Of a stretch of DNA of 64,000 nucleotides, positions 41,696 to 52,555 are shown piece after piece. How positions within the stretch are numbered: position 1 is the stretch's first letter; every line of letters begins with the position of its first letter. The notes beneath the pieces were generated by a model. That model was not told the DNA's origin. It searched no databases and saw only the letters and a program-made list of their open reading frames with translations. A program made the position numbers and the translations under genes. The DNA is taken from the NCBI GenBank assembly GCA_963923945.1, contig OZ000551.1, forward strand, positions 1,752,413 through 1,816,412, written 5' to 3'. The stretch comes from Alphaproteobacteria bacterium (GTDB taxonomy: Bacteria > Pseudomonadota > Alphaproteobacteria > G963923945).

Positions 41696-42775
41696 CTACC
41701 CCTCTTTTCCGGTGGCCTTCTCCTCGACCGGTGTGACGGTTTGTCCATTGATGACAAATTCTTGACCAATCGTGATCAGACGCGATGTCCGGGGAAGACC
41801 GGTCAACCACATACCATTTTCCGCCGAACCGACAATTGTAACCGGATAAAATTGCACCTTATGATCATTCCCGACCGTTTTTACACCGATAATCCCTGAA
41901 TCGTCCAAGGTAAGAATGGCCGGTGATATATGATGGGCGGTTATATAATCAGATGGAATATGAATCTTGGCGGTGACTCCTTCAGCAATCCGATTATCCG
42001 GGTTGGGGGCTTCTATTTCAATGCGAAACGTCCGGGTCGTTGGGTGAGCGATACTAGAAATATAGCTGATAACACCTTGTAGATGCTCCCCGGTTGTCAA
42101 TGTGGCTGTGGCCATCATACCGATTCGCAAAGAGCGAATTTCATTTTCTGGGACTTCCGCAACGATCACGATGGGGTCAAGATCAATGATCACGCCAATG
42201 ATATCACCGTTACGCAGATAGTCGCCCAATTCAACCCGCCGATCATCAAGAATACCATCAAATGGTGCTTTGATTGTGGTAAAAGAGAGATCCGCTTGAT
42301 GCCGCGCCAATTCGGCTTGAGCCAATGCATAATCGGCCTGGGCAGCCGCCAATGTGTTTTCGGCCCGGTGACCTTTATCGGCCAGTTTGCGGGCTGCTTC
42401 ATATTCCAGCCGACGCTGACCAAGCAGGGCCTGAGATTTGGCAACTTGCGCCGCCCGATCCTCAATATCCAAAGAGATAATCGGAGCATCTCTGGGCAGA
42501 AGAGCCCCTTTTTCAGAATGAATCGCATCGACTTGCGCTTCCAACTGGCTGCGCAATTCCACCCGCCGCGATGCTTCTGTGCGTCCGGTTAAAATAATCG
42601 AACGCTGAAAAGGTTCAGCGGTCTGGGTTTTCACCTGCACCCGTGGGGGTTGGATGGCGGTTTCTTGATTGGGTAATGTCCCATCAGCATCGCCGATTAA
42701 GCCGGAAGCAATCCATAAACCAGCCAAAACAGCAATGCTGAGAGCAATAATTGGCGGCGACAATGAAGGCATCAC
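41696..42775 (-). CDS. RND efflux membrane fusion protein (periplasmic adaptor)
   Basis: HlyD/AcrA-like: signal-anchor, coiled-coil hairpin (AQADYALAQAELARHQADL), beta-barrel/MP domains. Confidence 0.85.
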   Translation of the reverse strand: MMPSLSPPIIALSIAVLAGLWIASGLIGDADGTLPNQETAIQPPRVQVKTQTAEPFQRSIILTGRTEASRRVELRSQLEAQVDAIHSEKGALLPRDAPIISLDIEDRAAQVAKSQALLGQRRLEYEAARKLADKGHRAENTLAAAQADYALAQAELARHQADLSFTTIKAPFDGILDDRRVELGDYLRNGDIIGVIIDLDPIVIVAEVPENEIRSLRIGMMATATLTTGEHLQGVISYISSIAHPTTRTFRIEIEAPNPDNRIAEGVTAKIHIPSDYITAHHISPAILTLDDSGIIGVKTVGNDHKVQFYPVTIVGSAENGMWLTGLPRTSRLITIGQEFVINGQTVTPVEEKATGKEG

Positions 42776-43072
42776 AAACTTTATTCTGGCTTTGCTTCAA
42801 CCATAAAAATGGCAATGATGGTACAAAATAATGTCAAAAGAGTGCCCATGTCTCAAGAATGCCAGCCGATATTCTGGTCGCGATCAGAAATTGATGGTCA
42901 TTGTACAGCGCCCGCATCAATAAACATGATCAATGCTGAGATGGCTTTTTGCCTTCATAATTGTCGGATACAAAAAATACCAATAGCAAGAGCGTTTGTT
43001 CCAAGCCATCATGTGGCTGTGGGTTATCTTTCACAACGATCATCGGAATTCTTACCACATACAATCTTGGTT

Positions 43073-44149
43073 TTATGCACCGGTATTCAAGGACCAACGC
43101 ATTTCCGTTTTGATATTATTGGCCCTATTTTCATGAATTTTAGACAGTAAAATCCATTCATCTTCCGGCATAAAGCGCGGTGCCAGAAAGCTGTATGTAT
43201 CGCGTAGGAGGTTTTCATTATCACGGTGTCGCTGTGCTTGGACCGGTTCCCAACGGGAAAGCATGGTTTCCCAGGCGGTCAAACGGCAATAAAGATAATC
43301 ACGGGTATAGCGGATATAGTCGGTATGACGCTCAATATTGCGCATAACCGAGACAATTTCACCGATATTGGCATCCAGTTCATCGAAAACTTTTTTATAT
43401 TCTTTTATCGCTGTGCTGAGCAGGCGTATAACCGGGCTGATCTGTTCTGATATGCTCAATTCATTGGTGTAGCATTTCAGCAGACCCTCTGCTTTTTGGC
43501 GCATCTTGACGATTTTTTCGAACTCTTGGCGCAGGGCCTCAATATGCGCCAATTCATCGGCCAAACTTTCCACCAGCTCCAGAACCCGTTCACGATTTTG
43601 GTTCTCACCACCCAGGCGGGCGGCCGCTTCATCAAGGGCTTGATTGATCTTATTTTGAATTTTGGGGTCGTCGATTATCTTGCGCAATTTTTCCAGATCA
43701 TTGATGATTTTTTCTTCACCGCTGATCCAGGTAATCAGCTGCACCGTCAGGCGATTACGGGCAATCATGACATGATGTGGCTGGGTTTCCCAGGAGGCTT
43801 CACGTGTGCTCAATTCCGCCGGTAATTTATCACCAATCCGCATGATTTTGACGAATTTGAGGGCCTCTTCAATAAAATCAAGCATACGGCCATCAGCGGA
43901 ATCTTTGAGACCAAACTCCCGCTTGATGCCATTAAAACTGAGGACAATTTGTTGATTTTCTCCGGTGATCTGGAAGGCAAAAACCGGTGAGTCTCCTTGC
44001 TCAGACATACGGAAACAGCCACCATCAGCTGATTGAAAAAATTTGTGGTCAAAGGCGATATGTTCAGGAACCGTGTCGGCGTTTTTAGTCATGATAATCA
44101 GACAAATTCCCAATCTACAAACAGCAACGTCAAAATTACAGAAAAACAA
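43073..44149 (-). CDS. hypothetical protein, coiled-coil rich (start probably at MTKNAD near 44092)
   Basis: About 340 aa; no known domain recognised; AT-rich flanks. Confidence 0.4.
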   Translation of the reverse strand: MFFCNFDVAVCRLGICLIIMTKNADTVPEHIAFDHKFFQSADGGCFRMSEQGDSPVFAFQITGENQQIVLSFNGIKREFGLKDSADGRMLDFIEEALKFVKIMRIGDKLPAELSTREASWETQPHHVMIARNRLTVQLITWISGEEKIINDLEKLRKIIDDPKIQNKINQALDEAAARLGGENQNRERVLELVESLADELAHIEALRQEFEKIVKMRQKAEGLLKCYTNELSISEQISPVIRLLSTAIKEYKKVFDELDANIGEIVSVMRNIERHTDYIRYTRDYLYCRLTAWETMLSRWEPVQAQRHRDNENLLRDTYSFLAPRFMPEDEWILLSKIHENRANNIKTEMRWSLNTGA

Positions 44150-44510
44150 CAGTATTTTCAGTGATGATTTTTCTCATTACGTTATTTTTACACGTTATTT
44201 TTACCGGTGATCATTTTGATGCGATGACCGTTTTCATCTGTGATATCTTTTCGGTATTTGTTTGAGATTTTTTCTCAAAAACCAGTACCAGGGTATTTTC
44301 AATCAATCAGCCTTTAGACATAGATTAAAGGCATACAAAATTAAAGGCATAAAAATACCCATGCATCAGTTAATATATATTGGGCTTGAACGACCATCAA
44401 TCGACTTGGAATTTTTTTCGAGCTCTGGTCGGTGTTGTTCATCTTTAAGCGGCCGCAGCACTCAGACATTTTTTCAGTTGGTTTAAAGAATTGACCGATT
44501 TCAAGCGCGG

Positions 44511-44783
44511 TCAGGGGTTGCCGATTCTGGGTTTTCCGCCTTCAGGGTTGGCACGGGGACCGAAGGCCTTATTGAGCGTTTTGGTCGAATCTTCGGCAAT
44601 CGCGATGGCTTCGGTGATCATATTGAGGATCCGAATATTATTGCTGAGAACGCGTTCGGCTTCGGGTCGTTTGTCGCCAGCAATTTTCTGGGTCCGGGCC
44701 ACAATATCTTTACGGATGGTCCGTAAAATTTCTTCAAGAGTATAGCCGTCCGGATTGGCTTCAGAAGCCAGAAAATGGGTCAT
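44511..44783 (-). CDS. hypothetical small protein (90 aa)
   Basis: MTHFLASEANPDGYTLEEILRTIRKDIVARTQKIAGDKRPEAERVLSNNIRILNMITEAIAIAEDSTKTL...; helical; same strand as the gene below. Confidence 0.35.
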   Translation of the reverse strand: MTHFLASEANPDGYTLEEILRTIRKDIVARTQKIAGDKRPEAERVLSNNIRILNMITEAIAIAEDSTKTLNKAFGPRANPEGGKPRIGNP

Positions 44784-44992
44784 AATTTTCAGTTTCCCCT
44801 ATTTGAGAACACGGATCGTTTAAGAATTACGTATTGTTGAGGATGATCTCTTTGCTTTGATGTTTTTTCGTGATGGCCTTTTGATTGATCATAATGCAAA
44901 GAAACCAATGAATATTTAAAATATTCACACATAATATTCATAGAAAATCATTCATGAAAAATCTGAAAAGATGCGGTTATCAGAAGAGGCAA

Positions 44993-45889
44993 TCAGTCAC
45001 CTCTTTCCAGGGGAACGTCCGGAATCAAGCCGCCGACCAAGCTTATTCCGGGTATTTCGATACGCGCATCCGGGACCAGGAGGCGCAGATCATGATGGAT
45101 CGGAATCACCCGCGATAAGTGATTTTTGCCGTAAGTTTGATCACCCATGAGGCGCGCTCCGGCATGCTGTTTGAGCAGGGCGGCCAAAACCTCAGCACTG
45201 CTGGCTGTTTTTGGACCGACCAAAATATCCAGCGGGATATAGAGAGGGATATAAGGTCTCTGAGAGGTATTGGCCGGAATATCCACTTTGGTGACTTGGT
45301 GCGGTCTAACCAGATTGACCGCTCCCCGGACAGGCCCAGTAAACAGAGAGGCCACCTGGAGCATGTGCTTAAAATGACCACCACTATTCTCGCGCAGATC
45401 AATCGAAAGACGCCGTAAAGAGGATGGTAATGCATGTGGTTTTGTCAATATGATTTGTTTGATCTCATCAACGGCCCGCCGACCAAAATGGCTTAAATTG
45501 ATGGTCAAAACATCGCCGTCACTCAACCGGTATTCGGTGATTGACGGCGCTGATTTGACCCATCTTATGGTATCTGTGGAAGGGTGCTGAACCGGTTCCA
45601 ACCGGGCTGCCGGACCGATGATCCCAGCCAATATTCTGGCCGCGCATAGAGTGTCTTGTGCGCATTGCTGCTGGATCACAGAAAGCGGTGGGAGCTCCGT
45701 ATCGCAGGATTTTTGCACCATTCTAAACACCCGCTCGACACCAGAATCATGACGGTCGTCAGCCTTGGCCGGATCTGCTGCCAGCAGGGTGATCATGAAA
45801 AGACCCTTTACGATCAAGACGCATCTTAAAAAGCACAGCCACAAAAAGCCACCAATGGGGATTATTCTAGCTTGGCCATGACCACACAT
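44993..45889 (-). CDS. S41-family (C-terminal processing) peptidase; start set at the signal-peptide Met
   Basis: VGPKTASSAEVLAALLKQHAGARLMGDQTYGK matches the S41 catalytic-Ser region; signal peptide FLWLCFLRCVLIVKGLFMITLLAADPAKA. Confidence 0.65.
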   Translation of the reverse strand: MCGHGQARIIPIGGFLWLCFLRCVLIVKGLFMITLLAADPAKADDRHDSGVERVFRMVQKSCDTELPPLSVIQQQCAQDTLCAARILAGIIGPAARLEPVQHPSTDTIRWVKSAPSITEYRLSDGDVLTINLSHFGRRAVDEIKQIILTKPHALPSSLRRLSIDLRENSGGHFKHMLQVASLFTGPVRGAVNLVRPHQVTKVDIPANTSQRPYIPLYIPLDILVGPKTASSAEVLAALLKQHAGARLMGDQTYGKNHLSRVIPIHHDLRLLVPDARIEIPGISLVGGLIPDVPLERGD

Positions 45890-45915
45890 AGTGAAATCCC
45901 ATGCAGAATCAGAGG

Positions 45916-47136
45916 TTAGTGACAGTAGTTCAAGGCTCCAACCCGATGGGCTCCCCAAGGGTCGGTTCCCACATCTTGGATGCGGGTGATAATAGATCCA
46001 GTGCGGGTATCAATGACCGCGACTTCATTGGTTCCGCTCAGAGCAACATATAATTTACGACCATCGGCTGTGGTCACACCGGTTTCTGGAGACCCGCCGG
46101 GTATAGATATGCTGCCGATCCGGCGCATGGCGGCCAGATCAATCATGACAATTTCATCACTGCCCCGACCGATGACAAAAGCCATACTCTCAAACCAGCC
46201 GGTATTGACTCCGGTCATGCCTTGGGTTCCTTCAAGGCGGGCGATTTCTTCAAACGGGGCTTGGGTTGAGAAAATTGAGACCGTCCGATCGCCGTTGTTG
46301 GGGACCAGCATATAGCGACCGTCAGCGGTGGAATAGGCCCGCCAGGGCGTATCACCCAAAGACAGGGTCGCAACTTTTTCCTGAGTTTCTAGGTTCAGAA
46401 CCGCCATTCTATCACCATCCCCGAAGGCGGCAAAACCAATCCGACCATCAGAGGTGGGGGTGATATTGATGATTCCTTGGCTTTCCGAATGATCATGCTG
46501 GGCGGCCAAAGCCTGGCTATCCCCGATGATGATTTCGCTGATCACTGCGGCTTTTTTCACATCAATAACACTGACAAAATTGGCCCCCAAATTGCCGACA
46601 TAGATCAAGGAACCATCGGGGCTGAATGTCATGTTATGGGGTTCAAACAGGCCGGTGATGCGATCCAGCTCCCGATCTTCATCCAGAGAAACCAGTGAAA
46701 CCGTCCCCTCACCGATATTGCCAACCGCCAGCAGATCACCGCCGGGGCTGAGTTCCATATGTTCCGGCTCATGGCCGAGAGGAATACGGGCCATCGGTTG
46801 GAGTGTTGCCAAATCAATCACCGAAAGGGTGTTATCGGCCATATTGCTGGTGATCAATTTATTGTACTCAGCCGAGACCGCAACCTGGTGCGGCATGGCA
46901 CCCACAGCCACCTTCTCCACAACGCGATCAATCCTCGTATCAATGATGGCCACATCATCTGATAGCCGGTTGGGAACGAAAACATAATGATCAAGATCAT
47001 CCTTGAGAATAGCGGCCAAGGCCGGAGAAAAAAGGCTCGAAAACAGTAAGGCAGCCAGAACAGCGATTCCGAGAACAGCGATACCAGGAATACGGGTCCA
47101 GCAGGTGAAGGGGGCAAAAAATTGTGACAAAAACAT
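45916..47136 (-). CDS. YVTN-family beta-propeller repeat protein, secreted
   Basis: Signal peptide; repeated about 40-aa blades (...LSVIDLAT..., ...VSLVSLDED..., ...VSVIDVKKA..., ...VAVIDTRTG...). Confidence 0.6.
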   Translation of the reverse strand: MFLSQFFAPFTCWTRIPGIAVLGIAVLAALLFSSLFSPALAAILKDDLDHYVFVPNRLSDDVAIIDTRIDRVVEKVAVGAMPHQVAVSAEYNKLITSNMADNTLSVIDLATLQPMARIPLGHEPEHMELSPGGDLLAVGNIGEGTVSLVSLDEDRELDRITGLFEPHNMTFSPDGSLIYVGNLGANFVSVIDVKKAAVISEIIIGDSQALAAQHDHSESQGIINITPTSDGRIGFAAFGDGDRMAVLNLETQEKVATLSLGDTPWRAYSTADGRYMLVPNNGDRTVSIFSTQAPFEEIARLEGTQGMTGVNTGWFESMAFVIGRGSDEIVMIDLAAMRRIGSISIPGGSPETGVTTADGRKLYVALSGTNEVAVIDTRTGSIITRIQDVGTDPWGAHRVGALNYCH

Positions 47137-47317
47137 ATAAAGTCTCTTTCTCTAGAACGGCGATTTTAGAAAAATTTCCTTAAAAAAAGGTCGCCAGATA
47201 TTTGACCATCTCAGGGACCAGCGTCAAGCATGGGGTTGCCTATAATTGTCAATCCAATGAGAGACTTTGTTGGCGCAATGTTATATCCTCAAATTTCATA
47301 TTGTAGAAAGACCGGAA

Positions 47318-48118
47318 ATGGGCCGATTATTCAAGAGATATATCGGTATTGATTATTCCGGGGCCAAAACACCGGTTGACGGTCTCGGGGGTCTGCGGGT
47401 TTATCGGGCCGCCGGTGATGATCATCCCACCGAGGTGAAGCCATCGTCAGATCAACCCACAGATTGGACCCGTAAGGGGCTTGCCCATTGGCTGGTGGAC
47501 CAGTTGGCCCAAGATGAGCCGACACTGGTCGGGATTGATCACGGCTTTTCATTTCCACAACAGTATTTTGAAAAATACCGCCTAAAACCCGATTGGCCAA
47601 CCTTTCTGGACGACTTCCAATATCACTGGCCCACCGACCGGGATGATCTTTCCGTTCATCGCTTGCGTAAAGGTTCAGACCCTGATGCCGCTCATGCGGC
47701 CAAACGCTCCGGCGAGACGGGCTGGCGGCGTCTGACCGAACAACGGTCTAGTGGGGCCAAATCGGTCTTTCATTTTGATGTACCGGGCCAAGTTGCCTCT
47801 TCGACTCATGCCGGGATTCCCTGGTTGCGTTTCATGCGCCGAGAATTGGGCAAGCGGGTGCATTTCTGGCCCTTTGATGGTTGGGACATTCCTCAGGGCG
47901 TTGCGGCGATTGCCGAGGTTTATCCGGCCCTCTGGTCCCATTGTTTTACCCGTGAAGACCGGACATCAGACCAGCATGACGCTTATTGCGTGACCGTTTG
48001 GTTGTCCCAAGCCGATAGAGATGGCCGTCTGGCCGCCTTTCTGGCACCGAATCTAACCGAGGCTGCGCGCCATGTAGCCCCATTCGAGGGCTGGATATTG
48101 GGTGTATCTGTGTGCTGA
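47318..48118 (+). CDS. hypothetical protein, possibly RNase-H-like/ASKHA fold (DUF429-like)
   Basis: N-terminal YIGIDYSGAK motif is reminiscent of RNase-H-fold nucleases/kinases; otherwise unrecognised. Confidence 0.35.
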   Translation: MGRLFKRYIGIDYSGAKTPVDGLGGLRVYRAAGDDHPTEVKPSSDQPTDWTRKGLAHWLVDQLAQDEPTLVGIDHGFSFPQQYFEKYRLKPDWPTFLDDFQYHWPTDRDDLSVHRLRKGSDPDAAHAAKRSGETGWRRLTEQRSSGAKSVFHFDVPGQVASSTHAGIPWLRFMRRELGKRVHFWPFDGWDIPQGVAAIAEVYPALWSHCFTREDRTSDQHDAYCVTVWLSQADRDGRLAAFLAPNLTEAARHVAPFEGWILGVSVC

Positions 48119-48190
48119 TTGGTGTTTTGGTCCTGACGCGTTTGATTGCTCAAAACATTGCTTATGGGTTTGAAAAATCAAGAGCGCTCT

Positions 48191-48583
48191 CTAAAAAAAT
48201 CTGCTGAAAGTGACAACCATATCATTCAATTCCTCTGCCCTTTTTTTGCCGTAGGCATCATTGTAGGCGTGAAAGAGCGTTTCTCATCCCGCTTGAATAT
48301 CAGGGATGAGTGCATGACCTTTCTTGGCGATGGAGACGCCGGACATACGCCTTTCTGTTATGCGCTTGCACAAGCCTTGCCGTTCCAATTTATCAATAAA
48401 GCGGGTCATGGTTGATGGGGTCAACCCCAACAATTCGGATAAATCGCTGGCCCTGCATTTCCCATTTTCGTGCGGGGATATCAATAGAAAGGCATGGCTG
48501 GGCGCCAACCCAATATCGGAAAAAGCCTTTTCTGCAAGTTTATTGATATGTCGTTGCAGGCGTGAGAGCGAGAAATATAGACA
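48191..48583 (-). pseudogene. MarR-family transcriptional regulator remnant (internal TGA, no start codon)
   Basis: A single frame gives ...RLQRHINKLAEKAFSDIGLAPSHAFLLISPHENGKCRASDLSELLGLTPSTMTRFIDKLERQGLCKRITERRMSGVSIAKKGHALIPDIQAG-TGA(48284-48286)-ETLFHAYNDAYGKKRAEELNDMVVTFSRFF. This is a winged-HTH MarR fold split by an opal codon, and there is no ATG after the upstream TAA. Confidence 0.45.
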
Positions 48584-48631
48584 TTAAACGGGTATTGAAT
48601 GATGATGCGATCAATAGCGATTTTCCCCTCA

Positions 48632-49544
48632 TCATAAATGATGATCAAAATGCTTGGAGACCGCCTCCACGGCCTGCGACACATAAGGGTCCATATCATA
48701 AAAATCGAATTGTTCGGCTTCATTGAGCCATAAAGAATCGCTTTTATGCCCGAGGATTTTTAGATACCGCCGGGCGCCAGCCGGGATGGCGGCCTTTTCG
48801 GAATGCACAATTAAAGACCGGTTTATCAATTTGTTTTGCGGTGGCCACCGAGTCAAATGTCAGCCAGTTTTCCCATGATGCGACATTGAACCGGTTGTCA
48901 TATTGAAGGATCAGGCCGCGATCAGGCTCAGTATAATAGGGCTGTTGATACATCAGCGCATGGTCATTGCTGGTGCTGGCCGCTTCGATGATCACAGCAT
49001 GATCAGCCTGTTGGGCCGCGCGGCTGGCTTCGATCAGTTGGTTGATGGTTTCCTGGCCACCAAAGGCCTCGGCGATGATTTCAGAATCATGCAACCATGG
49101 GGCGACCAGGGCCAGAAATTTTACATTGTCGTTCTTTGAGACGGCCTGGGACATATAGCCCGCGGATGCACAAATACCCAAGCCCCCGACACGATTTTCA
49201 TCCAGTTCCGGCATCTCTTTAATCGCATCAAAGGCCGCTTGAGTATCAGCAATTTTACGATAAGGATCTTCAAGATAGCGCTGTTGCTCATCTTCCGGCG
49301 CCACCGACTCCCCCCAACCGCGAAAATCAAAAGTCAAGGCCGCCAAGCCGCGTTGTGCAAGCCTGGCTGCATAGGTATCGGGCATCTGTTCCTTTACGGT
49401 TGTCCAGGCGCCGGTTACAACAACCGCGCGGAATGGAGTCGGCTTATTTTCTGGTAAGAATAAATGACCAGCCATATTTCCAGAAGCAGTGGGGATAGCA
49501 ATTTTTTCATGATCAGCACCCGAATGTCTAGATTGTCCATACAA
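48632..49544 (-). pseudogene. alpha/beta hydrolase with a 1-nt frameshift near 48813-48815
   Basis: Frame 1 ends ...AKQIDKPVF. Frame 2 continues LIVHSEKAAIPAGARRYLKILGHKSD..., which is the expected ...k.i.kPvl.ihGekD..vP... alpha/beta-hydrolase C-terminus. Deleting one T from GTCTT[T]AATTGTG restores K-P-V-L-I-V-H-S. Confidence 0.55.
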
Positions 49545-49697
49545 ATAATTCTATTTACATAGACAAGTTTTATGAGAGATTCTCCTCAAAACGAGTCTCT
49601 TCTTGAGAGCAGGCAGGTGTTTCTCACCAAGACCTCCTCATCGAAACCCAGTGAATGATTCATGAATATGGGGAGTGGTGCAGGAATTTTTAAACAA

Positions 49698-49771
49698 TGG
49701 CTGGGGGACCTGGATTCGAACCAGGGCTGCTCGGGTCAGAGCCGAGAGTTCTGCCGCTAAACTATCCCCCA
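49698..49771 (-). tRNA. tRNA-Gln (anticodon CTG)
   Basis: The reverse complement TGGGGGATAGTTTAGCGGCAGAACTCTCGGCTCTGACCCGAGCAGCCCTGGTTCGAATCCAGGTCCCCCAGCCA has anticodon loop CTCTGAC and resembles E. coli tRNA-Gln. Confidence 0.85.
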
Positions 49772-50066
49772 AACAGAAAGTGACTCCTTGCGGTAATTTC
49801 CTAGCATAAAATATGCTGGTCAATCGACCCTGATAGAGGCTGAACACCGACCGGACTCACCTGACCGGATGATTCTATACATTCATTTGTGACTGCGGCG
49901 GCTTATTTGCAAGGGTCGGCGTATTGAGGGTCTGGGCATTGATTGATTCCGTAAATATATTGAGAGATAAATAATCACCCGAACAATACATATGATGATT
50001 ATATATGCTGGTGATGGATTGACTGGCCGGGGCTGGATAACCGGGACTGGATAACCGGGACTATGC

Positions 50067-50834
50067 GTGCCAAAATCGAAGGGTTATAATGCGATGAGTC
50101 GCCGCTCCCGCCGCTTTGCTGCGGCCAAGACGCGGGTCAAGACGGCACGTGGCCGTAAACCCTCTTCGACCCGTTGGTTGCAACGTCAGTTGAATGATCC
50201 TTATGTTGTTGCGGCCAGAAAGCGCGGCTACCGGACTCGGGCGGCATTTAAGTTGATTGAAATTGATGATCATTTCAGTCTCTTGGCCCCCGGTATGCGG
50301 GTTGTTGATTTGGGGGCGGCCCCAGGCGGTTGGACTCAAGTGGTGGTCGAACGGGTAAAGTCGGCTGGGTATGACTCAACCGAAGCATCACCCCTGGTGA
50401 TTGCCGTTGACCGTGAGCAGATGGAACCCTTGGCCGGGGCGATGGTCTTGGCTTGTGATATAACCACTTCCGATGCGCCAACTGTTTTGCGTCGCTTTTT
50501 TGATTCTCACTCATCATGTGATCAATCGGAGTCTGGCTGGGTTGATCTGGTGTTGAGCGATCTCTCTCCGGCGACGACGGGTCATGCGGCAACCGACCAT
50601 CTGCGGATTGTTGCGCTGGCTGAGTCGGCTTATCAATGCGCGCGCGCATTATTGGTATCAGGCGGTGGTTGTGTCATGAAGCTGTTTCAGGGTGGTTCCC
50701 CGGACCCTCTGCTCCAGATGCTCAAGACTGATTTTTCTTCGGTGCGGCATTTCAAACCACCTGCCAGCCGCAAGGAGTCACCGGAAACCTATGTCATCGC
50801 GCGCGGATTTCGGGGGCGCAATATAAGAGAATAA
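50067..50834 (+). CDS. rlmE: 23S rRNA (uridine2552-2'-O)-methyltransferase RlmE/FtsJ
   Basis: WLQRQLNDPYV...RAAFKLIEID...VVDLGAAPGGWTQV motifs. Confidence 0.8.
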   Translation: MPKSKGYNAMSRRSRRFAAAKTRVKTARGRKPSSTRWLQRQLNDPYVVAARKRGYRTRAAFKLIEIDDHFSLLAPGMRVVDLGAAPGGWTQVVVERVKSAGYDSTEASPLVIAVDREQMEPLAGAMVLACDITTSDAPTVLRRFFDSHSSCDQSESGWVDLVLSDLSPATTGHAATDHLRIVALAESAYQCARALLVSGGGCVMKLFQGGSPDPLLQMLKTDFSSVRHFKPPASRKESPETYVIARGFRGRNIRE

Positions 50835-50897
50835 CCATCTCTATACTTGGCATTTTTAAACAATTCTTTATGATATGTCTTTTGCTATGGAGGTGAT

Positions 50898-52361
50898 ATG
50901 AAGATCAAGGAAGCGCTGACTTTTGATGATGTTTTGCTGGTCCCAGCGGCTTCCTCGATTGTGCCTGGGCAAACCGATGTATCGACCCGTCTCACCCGGG
51001 ATATTCGTCTTGCCATTCCGATTATTTCGGCGGCGATGGATACGGTGACCGAAAGCGCTATGGCCATTGTCATGGCCCAGGTCGGTGGGATTGGGGTTAT
51101 TCATAAGAATATGGATATTGATGACCAGGCGGCCGCCTTACGTATGGTCAAGAAATTTGAGTCCGGGATTGTGGTTGATCCAATTACCATCCATCCGGAT
51201 CAAAGCTTGGCTGAGGCCTTGGCGATTATGGATAATTACCAGATCTCTGGTATTCCAGTTGTTGAGCGCAGCAGCGGTAAATTGGTCGGGGTTTTGACCA
51301 ACCGTGATGTGCGCTTTGCTTCCAATACCCGCCAACCGGTGAGTGAATTGATGACCCAGGATAATCTGGTCACCGTCACGGCGGATGTTGATCGTGAAGA
51401 TGCCAAGCAGTTGTTGCACAAACATCGGATTGAGAAACTCCTGGTGGTCAACGATGATTATCGTTGTGTTGGCCTGATTACGGTCAAGGATATTGAGAAA
51501 GCCCAACAGCATCCCGATGCGTGTAAGGATGATCAGGAAAGATTGCGGGTGGCCGCGGCGGTTGGTGTCGGTGCAGAAGGATTATCGCGGTCCGAAGCGG
51601 TCATTGAAGCCGGAGCCGATATCGTGGTGGTGGATACGGCCCACGGCCATTCACAGGCTGTTGCCGAGGCGGTTAAAGAGATTAAAAAACGAGCCAATGA
51701 GGTCCAAGTCATTGCCGGGAACATTGCCACCCCGGAAGCGGCTCAGCATCTCATCACCGCTGGGGCGGACGCGGTCAAAGTTGGCATCGGGCCGGGTTCA
51801 ATTTGTACAACCCGCATCGTTGCCGGGGTTGGGGTCCCACAGTTGGCGGCCATCATGGAGGTTGCCGAGATTTGTCGCAAACATGATGTCCCGGTGATTG
51901 CTGACGGCGGGATCAAATATTCCGGTGATCTGGCCAAAGCGATTGCTGCTGGTGGTGATTGCGCGATGGTTGGCTCTCTGCTGGCTGGAACCGATGAAAG
52001 CCCGGGAGAAACGTTTCTCTATCAGGGGCGAGCCTATAAATCTTATCGGGGAATGGGATCAGTTGAGGCGATGGCACGGGGGTCAGCAGATCGCTATTTT
52101 CAAGATGAAATTCGTGATAGCCTGAAGCTGGTTCCCGAAGGTGTTGAGGGGCGTGTCCCTCATAAGGGGGCCGCGCAAGCGGTTTTGTATCAACTGGTTG
52201 GCGGATTACGGGCGGCGATGGGTTATGTCGGTGCAGCAACCATTCATGACTTTCATACCCGGGCAACCTTTAGACGAATCAGCGGTGCGGGATTGCGTGA
52301 AAGCCATGTTCATGGTGTTGCTATTACCCGTGAATCCCCGAATTATCGCCCCGAACGTTAG
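50898..52361 (+). CDS. guaB: IMP dehydrogenase
   Basis: [17 protein letters not shown]..., tandem CBS domains, catalytic loop [11 protein letters not shown]. Confidence 0.95.
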   Translation: MKIKEALTFDDVLLVPAASSIVPGQTDVSTRLTRDIRLAIPIISAAMDTVTESAMAIVMAQVGGIGVIHKNMDIDDQAAALRMVKKFESGIVVDPITIHPDQSLAEALAIMDNYQISGIPVVERSSGKLVGVLTNRDVRFASNTRQPVSELMTQDNLVTVTADVDREDAKQLLHKHRIEKLLVVNDDYRCVGLITVKDIEKAQQHPDACKDDQERLRVAAAVGVGAEGLSRSEAVIEAGADIVVVDTAHGHSQAVAEAVKEIKKRANEVQVIAGNIATPEAAQHLITAGADAVKVGIGPGSICTTRIVAGVGVPQLAAIMEVAEICRKHDVPVIADGGIKYSGDLAKAIAAGGDCAMVGSLLAGTDESPGETFLYQGRAYKSYRGMGSVEAMARGSADRYFQDEIRDSLKLVPEGVEGRVPHKGAAQAVLYQLVGGLRAAMGYVGAATIHDFHTRATFRRISGAGLRESHVHGVAITRESPNYRPER

Positions 52362-52555
52362 CTGTTCAGCCGGTTTTTATTCATTGGTTATCCATTGATG
52401 ATTATGAGGCGTGGTTTTGGGTTTTTGCGGCAGGATACCCCTTTACAGAAGGGTCCCTTTTACCAATATTTAAGTGAAATGAATAAGATATATGCTTGAG
52501 CACATGCTAAAATGAAAAATGCCACTATCCAAAATGCCGATAAAGGGGAAAGGCG

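Noticed and set aside
41694-41810. N-terminal 39-codon extension of the RND permease ORF overlapping the MFP gene; similar long N-terminal extensions on icd (to 34112), proB (from 59401), proA, degP, thyX and the S41 peptidase (to 45958)
   Set aside because: The ORF track accepts TTG/GTG and reads through upstream in-frame sequence. The conserved N-termini of these families begin further downstream, and the extensions would create implausible gene overlaps.
42809-43150. 113-aa plus-strand ORF between the RND operon and the hypothetical gene
   Set aside because: It lies in the promoter region of the divergent efflux operon and overlaps the 3' end of the minus-strand gene. It has no motif or RBS.
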